Assembly (NCBI GenBank): GCA_958295785.1
Contig: OY282377.1
Location: forward strand, 2,880,385-2,944,384
Direction: 5' to 3'
DNA: 64,000 bases
Origin: an uncultured Latescibacterota bacterium
GTDB lineage: Bacteria; Latescibacterota; UBA2968
Positions 9,150-18,779 of this stretch are shown one piece after another (within the stretch, counting starts at the first letter, position 1; the number at the start of each line of letters is the position of its first letter). The position numbers and the translations under genes were made by a program. The notes under the pieces are model-generated. The model did no database searches. It was not told the DNA's origin and worked only from the letters and a program-made list of their open reading frames with translations.

Positions 9150-11621
9150 ATGGACATGAACAAGAAGATGACCACGCCGGATGCCGCCCGTTGTCTGAAT
9201 CCGGGGGTAACACTGTCCTCTCGGTTGCACAACGCGCTGTTCGTCCTGTTCATCGGCGGAATCCTGGCCTACGGGGCCGGGTTCGCCTGGTACATGCTCG
9301 ACCGCTTCGACCTCCTCAACCTGATCCGCGATGTGAACGGGGACGACGCCTTCTATTACTTCCAGATCGCCCGCAACTTGGCCGAGGGGAAGTTCTCGAC
9401 CTTCGACGGCGGCATCACGCGCACCAACGGCTACCATCCCCTCTGGCTACTGCTCATCACGCCGTTCTACTGGGTATTCGACAAGGAAGCCGCGCTGTTC
9501 GGCATCAAGGCGTTCGAGATCATGCTCGTTGCCGGCGGCGTGGCCCTCGTCGCCGCGGCCGCCCGGCTGGCGCGCCTGCCGTGGGTTCTGATGTTCGCCG
9601 CGCTACCGATGCTCTACCAGCAGTACGGGTTGCTTCTGGGGATGGAAGCGGCCGCTGCTCTGTTCATGCTGGGCCTGTTCACTCTGGCCGCCTGTCTCTT
9701 TGCGCGAAGCCCGGCGCGGTGGAAGTGGCCGCTGGCCGCGGTCGCCTTTGCCCTGCCTTGGGTGCGCCTGGAGTACATCGCCATATCGCTTGCGGCAACC
9801 GCGGCGCTGTGCCTCGTCGAGTGGTCGAGGCGGGAGCGAGTGCCCGGCGCACCACTCGGAGAGCGGGCTCGTTCCGTGCTCTCCGTCAAGGCGGTCACCC
9901 CGTTTCTCGGCGTGGTCGCAGGCATCCTCGTGTACTTCGCATATAACGGTATCGTCTTCGGGGGCGTGACGCCGGTGAGCGGCAAGGCCAAGCAGATATG
10001 GTCGCAACGGTTATGGGGGCAGGAAGGCGGGCACAGTTTCGTTCAGAACTTCCGGGACGTCTTGCAGATTCCTGCCTTCGACCACGAGTTGCTGGTCGCG
10101 CTGGAGGTCTGCGCCTACGTCGTTCTGGTCTGGTGGTTCGCCCGCCGTTCCAGGGGCCGGACAGACTGGCTGCTGTTGGCCTTCCTGATGTGCGTGTTCG
10201 GCTTGGCGGTCGGTCACCTCGCCAAGTTCGCTCAGACCGTTCTCACTGTGCATCCCAACTGGGGGAGTTATGCCTGGTACTTCGTTCCGGCATACCTGCT
10301 GAAGCAGCTTATCATTCCCGTAAGGTGCTATGTCGCCATCCACTTCATCCGCTGTCTCCTCGAACCGAGGTCGCCCCAGGCAACCAACCTCCTGAGCATG
10401 GGCATCGTTGTTGTCGGAACAGCCTTCCTGTTTACAAAGGCGGACTTCACGGGGCCATTCCAGTTAGTTGACCGTCTTGGCAAGTCAACCCACCTCAGCA
10501 TGAAGGTTATTTCTTATATGGGTGTGCAGGTTATGGACCGTGTGTTGCCCGAGGATAGTGTGGTCGGGGCGTGGGACGCCGGCGTCATCGGGTATTTCTC
10601 TCGCTTTCCAGTGGTGAACCTGGATGGCGTGGTCAATTCCTACGGCTACCTGCGCGCCCTAAGGGAAGGAACCGAGGCCACGTTCTACCAGCGATACGGG
10701 ATTACCCAGTTCGCCATCGTCAAGTTCCTAAGGAAAGAAACCGAGGGCCACGTTCTACCAGCGATACGGGATTACCTGGCTCGAAAACGTCGAGAGCGCC
10801 CGACCGTGGGCGAGATCCTGTTCGAAGGCCCGCCATATCTCCATAACAGAAGGAACGTACCGCACAAACGCCAATTCAGACTCCTGACTCTCGAGCCGCC
10901 GGAGATGTCATCGGGCGGGATCAATCGTTCCGACTGGTTCTGGCAACGGATGGAGCCACACTTCAACCACCGGTCGGATGGCGTCGGGTTTCTTGTTGAC
11001 GGGCGGCTGGTACAGGCCTTCGCCAAGGAATGCGATCCGGATGAACTGGTCGTGTGGCCCTGGGCCGGACTAGGGGATGGAACGGTCGCCAGCACCTGGA
11101 CGCAAACGCAGACGAGGTTGTGCGTCACCGCCGCAGTTCTGCCCCACACTATATCGAGTCCGGTTCGGTTCGAGACAATGTCAGAAAGAGATATTCTGTT
11201 TCGTCTGACGGGTGGCAACCCGCCGGTAATCCGATCCGATTGGGATGTGTATCTCGTCGGGAACAGCCTCATCTACGTCAAGGAGCCGTGCATCCCAGAG
11301 GACGTTGAACCAAGGTTCTTCCTCCACCTGGACCCGGTTGACAGGAACGACCTCCCCATCTATCGCAAGCTGTACGGCTTCGACAACCTGGACTTCACTT
11401 TCAGGGATCACGGCTTCGACAACCTGGACTTCACTTTCAGGGATCACCGTTCTCCCATCGAGGGAAGAGCCTGCGTAGCGATACGGGAGTTGCCTGATTA
11501 CGCCATCGCCGCGATCCGCACCGGTCAGTTCACCGGCGAAGGCAGGGTCTGGGAGGGCAACTTCACCTACAACTCTCTGTCCGATAAATCGGAGGCACTA
11601 CACATGGAGGATCCCCAATGA
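9150..11621 (+). CDS. GT-C-like polytopic membrane glycosyltransferase (paralog 2) with the shared C-terminal domain
   Basis: DDAFYYFQIARN and TNGYHPLW motifs; long near-identical DNA stretches with paralog 1. Start uncertain (9150, 9156 or 9168). Confidence 0.8.
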   Translation: MDMNKKMTTPDAARCLNPGVTLSSRLHNALFVLFIGGILAYGAGFAWYMLDRFDLLNLIRDVNGDDAFYYFQIARNLAEGKFSTFDGGITRTNGYHPLWLLLITPFYWVFDKEAALFGIKAFEIMLVAGGVALVAAAARLARLPWVLMFAALPMLYQQYGLLLGMEAAAALFMLGLFTLAACLFARSPARWKWPLAAVAFALPWVRLEYIAISLAATAALCLVEWSRRERVPGAPLGERARSVLSVKAVTPFLGVVAGILVYFAYNGIVFGGVTPVSGKAKQIWSQRLWGQEGGHSFVQNFRDVLQIPAFDHELLVALEVCAYVVLVWWFARRSRGRTDWLLLAFLMCVFGLAVGHLAKFAQTVLTVHPNWGSYAWYFVPAYLLKQLIIPVRCYVAIHFIRCLLEPRSPQATNLLSMGIVVVGTAFLFTKADFTGPFQLVDRLGKSTHLSMKVISYMGVQVMDRVLPEDSVVGAWDAGVIGYFSRFPVVNLDGVVNSYGYLRALREGTEATFYQRYGITQFAIVKFLRKETEGHVLPAIRDYLARKRRERPTVGEILFEGPPYLHNRRNVPHKRQFRLLTLEPPEMSSGGINRSDWFWQRMEPHFNHRSDGVGFLVDGRLVQAFAKECDPDELVVWPWAGLGDGTVASTWTQTQTRLCVTAAVLPHTISSPVRFETMSERDILFRLTGGNPPVIRSDWDVYLVGNSLIYVKEPCIPEDVEPRFFLHLDPVDRNDLPIYRKLYGFDNLDFTFRDHGFDNLDFTFRDHRSPIEGRACVAIRELPDYAIAAIRTGQFTGEGRVWEGNFTYNSLSDKSEALHMEDPQ
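11374..11447 (+). repeat. 36-bp in-frame tandem duplication (GFDNLDFTFRDH x2)
   Basis: ACGGCTTCGACAACCTGGACTTCACTTTCAGGGATC occurs twice in tandem. Confidence 0.95.
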
Positions 11622-13708
11622 AGGAGAATGCCCTCCGAAACGCGCGAGTCATTCTGCTACATTTGCCGTGGTTGGCGCTGCTGGGATGGTTCTCCTCTGT
11701 CGCGTGGTTCCTGTGCGACGACGCGTTCATCAGCTTCCGCTACGTCCGTAACCTGCTCAAAGGCCACGGCCTGGTGTTCAACCCCGGCGAATATGTCGAG
11801 GGCTATTCCAATTTCCTGTGGGTGCTGGAACTGGTCGCCATCTGGTGGGCGCTGGACGTGGCCCCGGAGGACGCGGCGCCGTGGCTGTCGGTCGCCTTTA
11901 CCGCCGGCACCATCGCCGCGATGATGTGGTGGATCGCACGTCTGCCGTTGCTGTGCCACCGGGGGCTGGTCGCATGGATGACTCAGGGCCTCGTGTGCGC
12001 CAGTGCCACCTTCGCGGTGTGGACGTCCGGCGGCGGACTGGAGACGCGGCAGTTCACCTTCTTCATCGTCCTGGCCGTGGTGTGCCTGAGCCTTTACAGA
12101 GACAGCCGCCGGGGCCTGCTGGTGGCGTCGTTGAGCCTGGCGGCTGCCGCCTTGACGCGGCCCGAAGGCCCGCTGTTGGCGGCGTTGTGCTTCGGCTGGT
12201 TCGTCATCCAGCGGATGGCGGACACGGGGCGTCTCAATCCGGACTGGCGGCGGTTGATCTGTTTGGCAACGCCCTTTGTCGTCCTGGTCGGCGCCCATTT
12301 CCTGTGGCGATACTCCTATTACGGCGAATGGCTACCCAACACCTACTACGCCAAGCATGTGCGGCCCTGGTATGAGTCGGGTGTTCGCTACTTGTGGGCG
12401 GCGGCGCTGGAGACCGGGCTGTATCTGCTGATCCCCTTGGCCGCAGTCGCCATGCGGAATCGCTGGCGAGCATCCCAGGACGGGATATGGGCGCTGGTGC
12501 TGCTCCTGGTCGGCGTCCACATGGCCTATGTGATGCGGATCGGGGGCGACCATTTCGAGTACCGTCCGCTGGATTTCTACTGGCCGTTACTGGCTGTCCC
12601 CGCGTCCATGGGAATCGTGTACCTCGGCTCGCGGATTGCCAACCACCGGTGGTTGCGACGATTCTCCCCCCGTTTGGCAGTGGGGGCGCGAACGTGCGCA
12701 ATCGTTCTCTTCGTGCCGGTATTGTTCTACACCAGCGCGATTCAGGGCGCCCTGTTATTCGAGGGGGCCGCAATACGCGAACGCATCAAGAGGCTGCACA
12801 TAGAACTCGATGACGACAATGCGGGATGGTTACTTGCCGCGCCGGGGATGCCGATGCTCGTCGCCGTCTCAAATGACCTGCGCCACCAAACGTCCCGGCA
12901 GTTCGTCGCTTTGCCTCTCGCGGAACACCGCGAGTTCGCCAACTGGCAATTGCGAAGGTGGAAGCCCTACGAGAACATGGAGAGGGGAGTGATTCCCGAT
13001 GACGCGCTGATGGTTGGCGGTTCGGTTGGAATCCGCTTCTATTATCTTCCCGACCTGAAAGTCATCGACTCCCTTGGCTTGACCGACGCGACGGTGGCGC
13101 GCAACCCGGTCGAAACCCCCAACCACCAGCGCCTCATCGCCCACGACCGTCAACCACCACCCGGATACCTCGAAGAGCGGGGCGTCAACTTCACTATACA
13201 CCCGCAGGCACCCAGCGCATTCAAGGCGCTTGTCCGTGCGGAATACGCCGTAAAGGTCGGCCCGGATCTGTGGATGCCCTTTGACTCTCCCGACCAGCAG
13301 TGGGTCTTCGACCGTTTTGCCGGACGAGACTTGCGGGTGGCTGATCTCGATTACTGGACAGAGCTGCTCGGAGACCACCAACCGGCAATCCGCTCCGATT
13401 GGGAGGTGTATCTCTTCGGGAACAGCCTCATCTACAAGAAGGAGCAGTGTAACCCGGAGGACGCTGAACCAACATTCTTCCTCCACTTGTACCCGGTTGA
13501 CGTGAACAACCTCCCCAGTCGCCTCAGGCAGGTCGGCTTCTTCAACAAGGACTTCGCTTTCAGGGATCAGCGTATTCCCATCAAGGGAGAAGTCTGCATA
13601 GCGAGGCGGGAACTGCTTTCTTACGGCATCGCAACGATCCACACCGGCCAGTACGTGCGCGTGGACAGCGGTTTTGAAAACCTCTGGAGTGGAGAGATAC
13701 GCCGATAA
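11618..13708 (+). CDS. GT-C-like (arabinofuranosyltransferase-like) membrane protein with the shared C-terminal domain
   Basis: Motifs CDDAFISFRYVRNL, GEYVEGYSNFLW, SGGGLET, TRPEG and LPNTYYAK; ATGA overlap with the upstream gene. Confidence 0.8.
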   Translation: MKENALRNARVILLHLPWLALLGWFSSVAWFLCDDAFISFRYVRNLLKGHGLVFNPGEYVEGYSNFLWVLELVAIWWALDVAPEDAAPWLSVAFTAGTIAAMMWWIARLPLLCHRGLVAWMTQGLVCASATFAVWTSGGGLETRQFTFFIVLAVVCLSLYRDSRRGLLVASLSLAAAALTRPEGPLLAALCFGWFVIQRMADTGRLNPDWRRLICLATPFVVLVGAHFLWRYSYYGEWLPNTYYAKHVRPWYESGVRYLWAAALETGLYLLIPLAAVAMRNRWRASQDGIWALVLLLVGVHMAYVMRIGGDHFEYRPLDFYWPLLAVPASMGIVYLGSRIANHRWLRRFSPRLAVGARTCAIVLFVPVLFYTSAIQGALLFEGAAIRERIKRLHIELDDDNAGWLLAAPGMPMLVAVSNDLRHQTSRQFVALPLAEHREFANWQLRRWKPYENMERGVIPDDALMVGGSVGIRFYYLPDLKVIDSLGLTDATVARNPVETPNHQRLIAHDRQPPPGYLEERGVNFTIHPQAPSAFKALVRAEYAVKVGPDLWMPFDSPDQQWVFDRFAGRDLRVADLDYWTELLGDHQPAIRSDWEVYLFGNSLIYKKEQCNPEDAEPTFFLHLYPVDVNNLPSRLRQVGFFNKDFAFRDQRIPIKGEVCIARRELLSYGIATIHTGQYVRVDSGFENLWSGEIRR

Positions 13709-13718
13709 GGAGAATAAT

Positions 13719-15667
13719 ATGAGCGATACTGCTGACCTCGGCCGGGGAGTGCAAGGGGAACCCTCTCGCAAGAAAAGTGTCCGGTTCCCTGCTTGGACAG
13801 CAGGCAGGCGGCCCGATCGCTTCACCCTGCTCCTCGCCGCCCTTGCAGTGCTGGGCGCCGTACTCATCCTGGCGCGGCAGGTCACCTATGGGGTGGGGTT
13901 GCACGGGGATTGGGTCACCTATATTTCTGTGGCCCGAAGTCTGCTGGCGGGAGAAGGCTTCGTTCAAATTCACGGTTGGCCCTATCTGCACTGGCCGCCG
14001 CTGTATCCGATGCTGCTCGCCGCGGCCAGCCTCTTTGCGTTCGACCCCTACGACGTCGCCGGGCCGTTGAATGCCGCTGTCTTCGGCCTGACTCTATTCG
14101 TCGCCGGTCAATACTTGCGGCGGCATGTGCAACACCCTTTCCTGGTCCTTTGGGCTTGTCTCGCCCTCATGCTGGCAATCCCCTTGACCCGGGTGGCCTC
14201 TCACGCAATTTCCGAGGCGCCCTTCATCCTGTTCGTGACGCTCTCTCTGGCGGACGTCCACATTTCTGGATACCGGCAAGCGGTCGGACCTGATTTGGGC
14301 CGCGGCGTTCACTTCCCTGGCTTTTCTGACCCGCTATATCGGCGTCACCTTGATCATCATCACCACGTTACCCCTGCTGCTGTTTCAGCGCGGCGGCGTG
14401 CCATTGGAGAAAGCGAAGCGCATTGGCTCGTACCTGTTGATTGCCGCGTTGCCGGTGGCGCTGTGGCTGTTGCGGAATGTCCTGGTCCACGGAAGATACC
14501 ATGGGCGCAGAAACCCGCCGCCGTGGACGTTGCTGGAGATTCTGGACAAGTTCCTGAGCGATCTGGCCGGGTGGGTCTTCCTCTACTTGCCATCTGGGAG
14601 TGTCAGAGTAGCCGCCGCGGCACTGGGCGGAGTGTGGCCCTATTGGCACTGGCAATGTCCGTCTGCCATGCGGTCGTCCGCTCGTGCCGGAAGGTAGGGA
14701 ACGGCATCGGAGGGAGCTCTTTCCACTTGTTCGGCGGCTTTGCCCTGGTGTACCTCGTCTTTCTCACCGCCTCGCAAGCGACCACCGAAATCCTCCCCTT
14801 GGGCGAACGCTATCTCTCTCCCGCATATATCCCGCTCCTGTTCGCGGCGGTGTTCGCGCTGGACAAGTTCCTTGAGAATCTCCGGCGGACTGCCGATGAT
14901 TCAGAACAAAATAGTTGGAGGAGAGGGGGAACGGCGAGCCTGCTATTGGTTGCCCTGGCGACAACCCTTTCCCTTTGGCTGGCTTGGCAGGTGGTGCTGA
15001 ACGTGCGTGAAATCAGACAGAATAATGAGGGCCGAGGCCTGGGAATAGCCGCGATGTGGGTCAACTCGGAAATCTTGCGGTACATCGAGGAGCATCTAAT
15101 GGCGGAGCGGATATTCAGCAATGTGTCATCTGCCATATACCTCCGCACGGATCATGCGGACCTTCACTATCTCCCCCCAAGCCTACGATGAGAAGGGAGA
15201 TAGAAAATGTTGTGCCCGGCGATTATGTCGCTTGTATGGATCCGAAGAAGTACCCCCGACATATCGCTGTGTTGAGGAAATTGCTGGGACTGGAGCCGGT
15301 GGCCGATCTGTCCGACGGTTCAATCTATCGCGTAACCCGCAGCGGCGCCGATCCCGCTCCTGCCTCTTTCATCAGCATCGTCGCTTCGATAGCAGGCGAG
15401 TCGTTCGTCGTCAAGTTGTCCGGCGGACATGCCAGATACGAACCATGGCAATGGGAACGGGGCAGCGATGCGACTGGCTGGACCAAAGTCACGCCCCGCG
15501 GGGCAACCTACCAATACACACCCACCGCCGCGGACGTTGGCCATCGCCTGAGGGCCTCCGCGGACTGTACGGACAAAGACGGGAAGACAATCAAAGCGAT
15601 GACCGCGCCATCCGAACCCGTACAGGCGGGCACTTCCGAAGCGGGCTATGTACCTCCGCGGAAATAA
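13719..15667 (+). pseudogene. PMT/GT39-like membrane glycosyltransferase with a C-terminal Ig-like domain; about three frameshifts
   Basis: RBS AAGGAG before ATG 13719; motifs HWPPLYP and SEAPF. The hydrophobic frame switches near 14252, 14630 and 15185. The tail reads WQWERG...YTPTAADVGHRLRAS. Confidence 0.7.
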
Positions 15668-15706
15668 GGATCTATGAGAACCGGAGCTACATCTGGAAAG
15701 ACGAGT

Positions 15707-15829
15707 GAGGCTTTGCAGACGGCGTTGACGGATGTGTTGCAGGGCTATTGGGTTGCGCCTTTGCGTTTGGCGCGTCTGACCGGCTTTGGCTGGCGGCTAA
15801 AGGCACTCGAAACTATCAGGACATTGTAA
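15707..15829 (+). pseudogene. Possible C-terminal remnant of an IS630-type transposase at the right edge of the island
   Basis: Reads LQTALTDVLQGYWVAPLRLARLTGFGW...*, similar to IS630 transposase tails as recalled. Confidence 0.35.
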
Positions 15830-15859
15830 TTGCATTTTGGTCTTACGTCTGCTGTCTAA

Positions 15860-15888
15860 TTGACTTTTCTTTGGCGACGCGCTATATT
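15860..15888 (+). promoter_or_regulatory. Sigma70-like promoter
   Basis: TTGACT-N17-TATATT upstream of the dehydrogenase gene. Confidence 0.55.
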
Positions 15889-15953
15889 ACGCGGTTTCCA
15901 AAACAGATGGGATGATCGGGAGATGGCATAAGGGCTTCAAATAGGGAGGGCCT

Positions 15954-16997
15954 GTGAAAGCAGCACAGATTGTCGCCCGCAGGCGCGTTGTGGTTGTCGA
16001 GGTGGATGAACCGCAACTCACAGGTGCCGGGCAAGTGAAAATTCGGTTGGAACGCGCGTGTTTGTGCGGTTCAGATGTGCCTTTGTGGGATTACGATCAC
16101 AATGAATTGGCGGAAACCGTGCAGCGCGATCCGCGCAGCGCAAAGTGCGTGCCGTTTGTCGATTACGTTCATGGCGATCCGTATCCCTTGCGCGTTGGTC
16201 TGTCGATTCACGAATGCCTGGGCACGGTGGTCGCATCCACGTCCGACAAATTTCAAGCGGGCGATTTTGTGCTGGCATTGCCCGATGGGCAAACCGGGTT
16301 GTGCGAATATATTTGCGCGCCCGATAGCCGAACCATTCCCTTGCCCAAAGGCGTTGTGCCCGACGAGCAAATTTTGATGACGCAACCTTTGGGCACGGTG
16401 GTTTGGGCATGTCAAAAACTGGGCAATATCGTCGATTGCGATGTGGCTATTGTGGGGCAGGGGCCGATGGGTTTGATGTTTGCGCGCATGCTCGGCAATT
16501 TGGGCGCGCGAAGCGTGATTGGGCTCGACAAATTGGATTATCGCCTGCACGCGGGAAAAAAAATGGGCGCGACCCATGTGGTCAATGTCGATAAGGCCGA
16601 TGCGGAAGAAGCCGTGCGCGAGATCACGGGCGGCAAAATGGCGGATCTGGTTGTCGAGGCGGTCGGGCATCAGACCAAAACCTTGAATGCGTGCATGAAA
16701 CTCGTGCGGCCTCTGGGTACGCTGCTGTGCTTTGGCGTGCCGGATGATGTGTATTATCCCTTTGCGTATGCCGAGTTTTTCAGATTAAATCTCAATTTGA
16801 TTTCCACGGTGGGGCCCAATGCCGTGCCCAATTTTTCGCTCGCCCGCGATTTAATCGCACAAGGTCGGGTGGATGTGGCGCCGCTGGTGACGCATGTGTT
16901 GCCGTTTGAAGAAATTCAGCACGGGTACGAGTTGTTCACCGACCGCGGGGATGGGGCCATCAAAGTGGTGATCGATTACGATTCGTTGAGTACCTGA
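15954..16997 (+). CDS. Zinc-binding (MDR family) alcohol/sugar dehydrogenase
   Basis: Motifs LCGSD, IHECLG, VGQGPMG and VVEAVG. Confidence 0.9.
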   Translation: MKAAQIVARRRVVVVEVDEPQLTGAGQVKIRLERACLCGSDVPLWDYDHNELAETVQRDPRSAKCVPFVDYVHGDPYPLRVGLSIHECLGTVVASTSDKFQAGDFVLALPDGQTGLCEYICAPDSRTIPLPKGVVPDEQILMTQPLGTVVWACQKLGNIVDCDVAIVGQGPMGLMFARMLGNLGARSVIGLDKLDYRLHAGKKMGATHVVNVDKADAEEAVREITGGKMADLVVEAVGHQTKTLNACMKLVRPLGTLLCFGVPDDVYYPFAYAEFFRLNLNLISTVGPNAVPNFSLARDLIAQGRVDVAPLVTHVLPFEEIQHGYELFTDRGDGAIKVVIDYDSLST

Positions 16998-17015
16998 CAA
17001 AAGGGGGTTTTACCT

Positions 17016-18602
17016 GTGGCAGCAATGTTTGAAAACGGCGCAGTGGTTGGACAACCCGAATCCGATTCTGCTGCTGTGAGTATCTTAAAAAAGGGTGGCA
17101 ATGCCGTGGATGCGGCTGTAAGCGCGGCATTTCTCGCGTGCGTTGCAGCACCCAAGTCTTGTGGCATTGGCGGTTATGGCGGCGCGATGACCGCCTACAT
17201 TGGCGGCGAAGTCGTCTGCGTTGATTTTAATACGGTCGCGCCTCGCGCGGCCCATGCGCGGATGTTTCGGGTGACGCGCTCAGACGGGCGGTTTGGATCT
17301 GTGGTCGGGGGGTATGCCAATCAAGTCGGGTACAAAGCCATTTCCGTGCCCGGGGTGCTGGCAGGCCTGGGGTTGGCACTGGAGAAGTTCGGCAAGATGA
17401 CCTTGGCCGATGTGCTCGCGCCCGCGATTCGCACGTGTAAAAACGGGTTTCGGGTGTCGGCAAATTACGCGGCAGGTGTTGCCCAAAGCGAAAGGCGTAT
17501 CCGGGAATTTCCAGAAACCGCACGGTTGTTGCTGAACGAAGGCGAATTGCCCAAAAGCGGGGACCGGGCAAAAAACCCCGATTTGGGCGACTTGCTCAGT
17601 CAGATTGCGGACAAGGGCGTGCGCGAATTTTACGAGGGGAACATCGCAGAGTGCATCGCCAAACACGTTCGGGACAACGGCGGGGTCTTATCGCGCAATG
17701 ATCTGGCAAAGTACGAGGCGCGCGTGGTCGATCCTGTACACGCGATTTGCCTGGAATACGATGTGTACAGTTCGCCGCTTTGCAGCGCGGGCTTGAGCTT
17801 GGCGCAGATGTGTGCCATTGCCGACGAGGCCGAATTGGATCTCTACGCACGCGACTCGGCCCGTTTGGCCCATGGCATGGTCGAAACCATTCGCGCAGCG
17901 TGGATGGATCGCTACCGGCATTTTGGCGATCCAAAGTTCGTCACTGTGCCCACAGACATGCTGATGTCGGATATCCACTTGGGCGCGACCGCAAAAGAGG
18001 TCGCCACCTATATTGCCGACGGCAAACGCGGTCAATCCCTGTTGCGACCATTTTACACGGGTGGCACCACGCATATTTGCACCGCGGACGCGCAAAACAA
18101 TCTGGTCTCGCTGACCCTCACGCACGGGCCGGGCTTTGGGTCTTTTGTCACCATCCCGGGCATGGGCTTGCTGATGAACGCGGGCATGTCGCGGTTCGAT
18201 CCCGGTTCGGGGTTGAAAAATTCCATTGGCCCCGGCAAAGCGCCGATTATGAACATGTGCCCGGTCATTGTGTTGCGCGATGGCGAGCCTATCATGACCT
18301 TGGGCGCGTCTGGGGGAACGCGCATCCCATCGTCCGTTTTTCAGGTTTTGGCGCGCAGACTGGTGCTCGACGAAGACCCCGAGTGGTCAATCACCGCGCC
18401 GCGGGTGCATTCAGAAGGCAATGAGTGGGTGCGTCTGGAAGAAGATTTCGGAGAAACCGCCCCGGAATATCTCAAGTCAGTCGGGTACAAGATAAACACC
18501 AAAGGCGCGGTGGCCGCCCATGTTCGGATGATCGAGATCACGGACGATGGCCTGCTGGCAATGTACGACCCGCGCATGAAGGCACGCGAGAAGGGGTATT
18601 GA
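17016..18602 (+). CDS. Gamma-glutamyltransferase family protein
   Basis: GGNAVDAA, CGIGGYGG, TTH nucleophile motif and GASGG. Confidence 0.9.
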   Translation: MAAMFENGAVVGQPESDSAAVSILKKGGNAVDAAVSAAFLACVAAPKSCGIGGYGGAMTAYIGGEVVCVDFNTVAPRAAHARMFRVTRSDGRFGSVVGGYANQVGYKAISVPGVLAGLGLALEKFGKMTLADVLAPAIRTCKNGFRVSANYAAGVAQSERRIREFPETARLLLNEGELPKSGDRAKNPDLGDLLSQIADKGVREFYEGNIAECIAKHVRDNGGVLSRNDLAKYEARVVDPVHAICLEYDVYSSPLCSAGLSLAQMCAIADEAELDLYARDSARLAHGMVETIRAAWMDRYRHFGDPKFVTVPTDMLMSDIHLGATAKEVATYIADGKRGQSLLRPFYTGGTTHICTADAQNNLVSLTLTHGPGFGSFVTIPGMGLLMNAGMSRFDPGSGLKNSIGPGKAPIMNMCPVIVLRDGEPIMTLGASGGTRIPSSVFQVLARRLVLDEDPEWSITAPRVHSEGNEWVRLEEDFGETAPEYLKSVGYKINTKGAVAAHVRMIEITDDGLLAMYDPRMKAREKGY

Positions 18603-18779
18603 AGCGATTGGTTATCAAGTGATCTCACCTGTGAGGGAGAATCTATCGAAACGATTGATCAGAAACGATGGAAAGTGGAGACGTTTCACAAAACGCTCAC
18701 GTCTCATGCTCCGTTGGTCAAGTCGCCTAAAAAATAAATATCTGCGACACGCCCTGTATATGCCAGTTGAGGAATCCTT

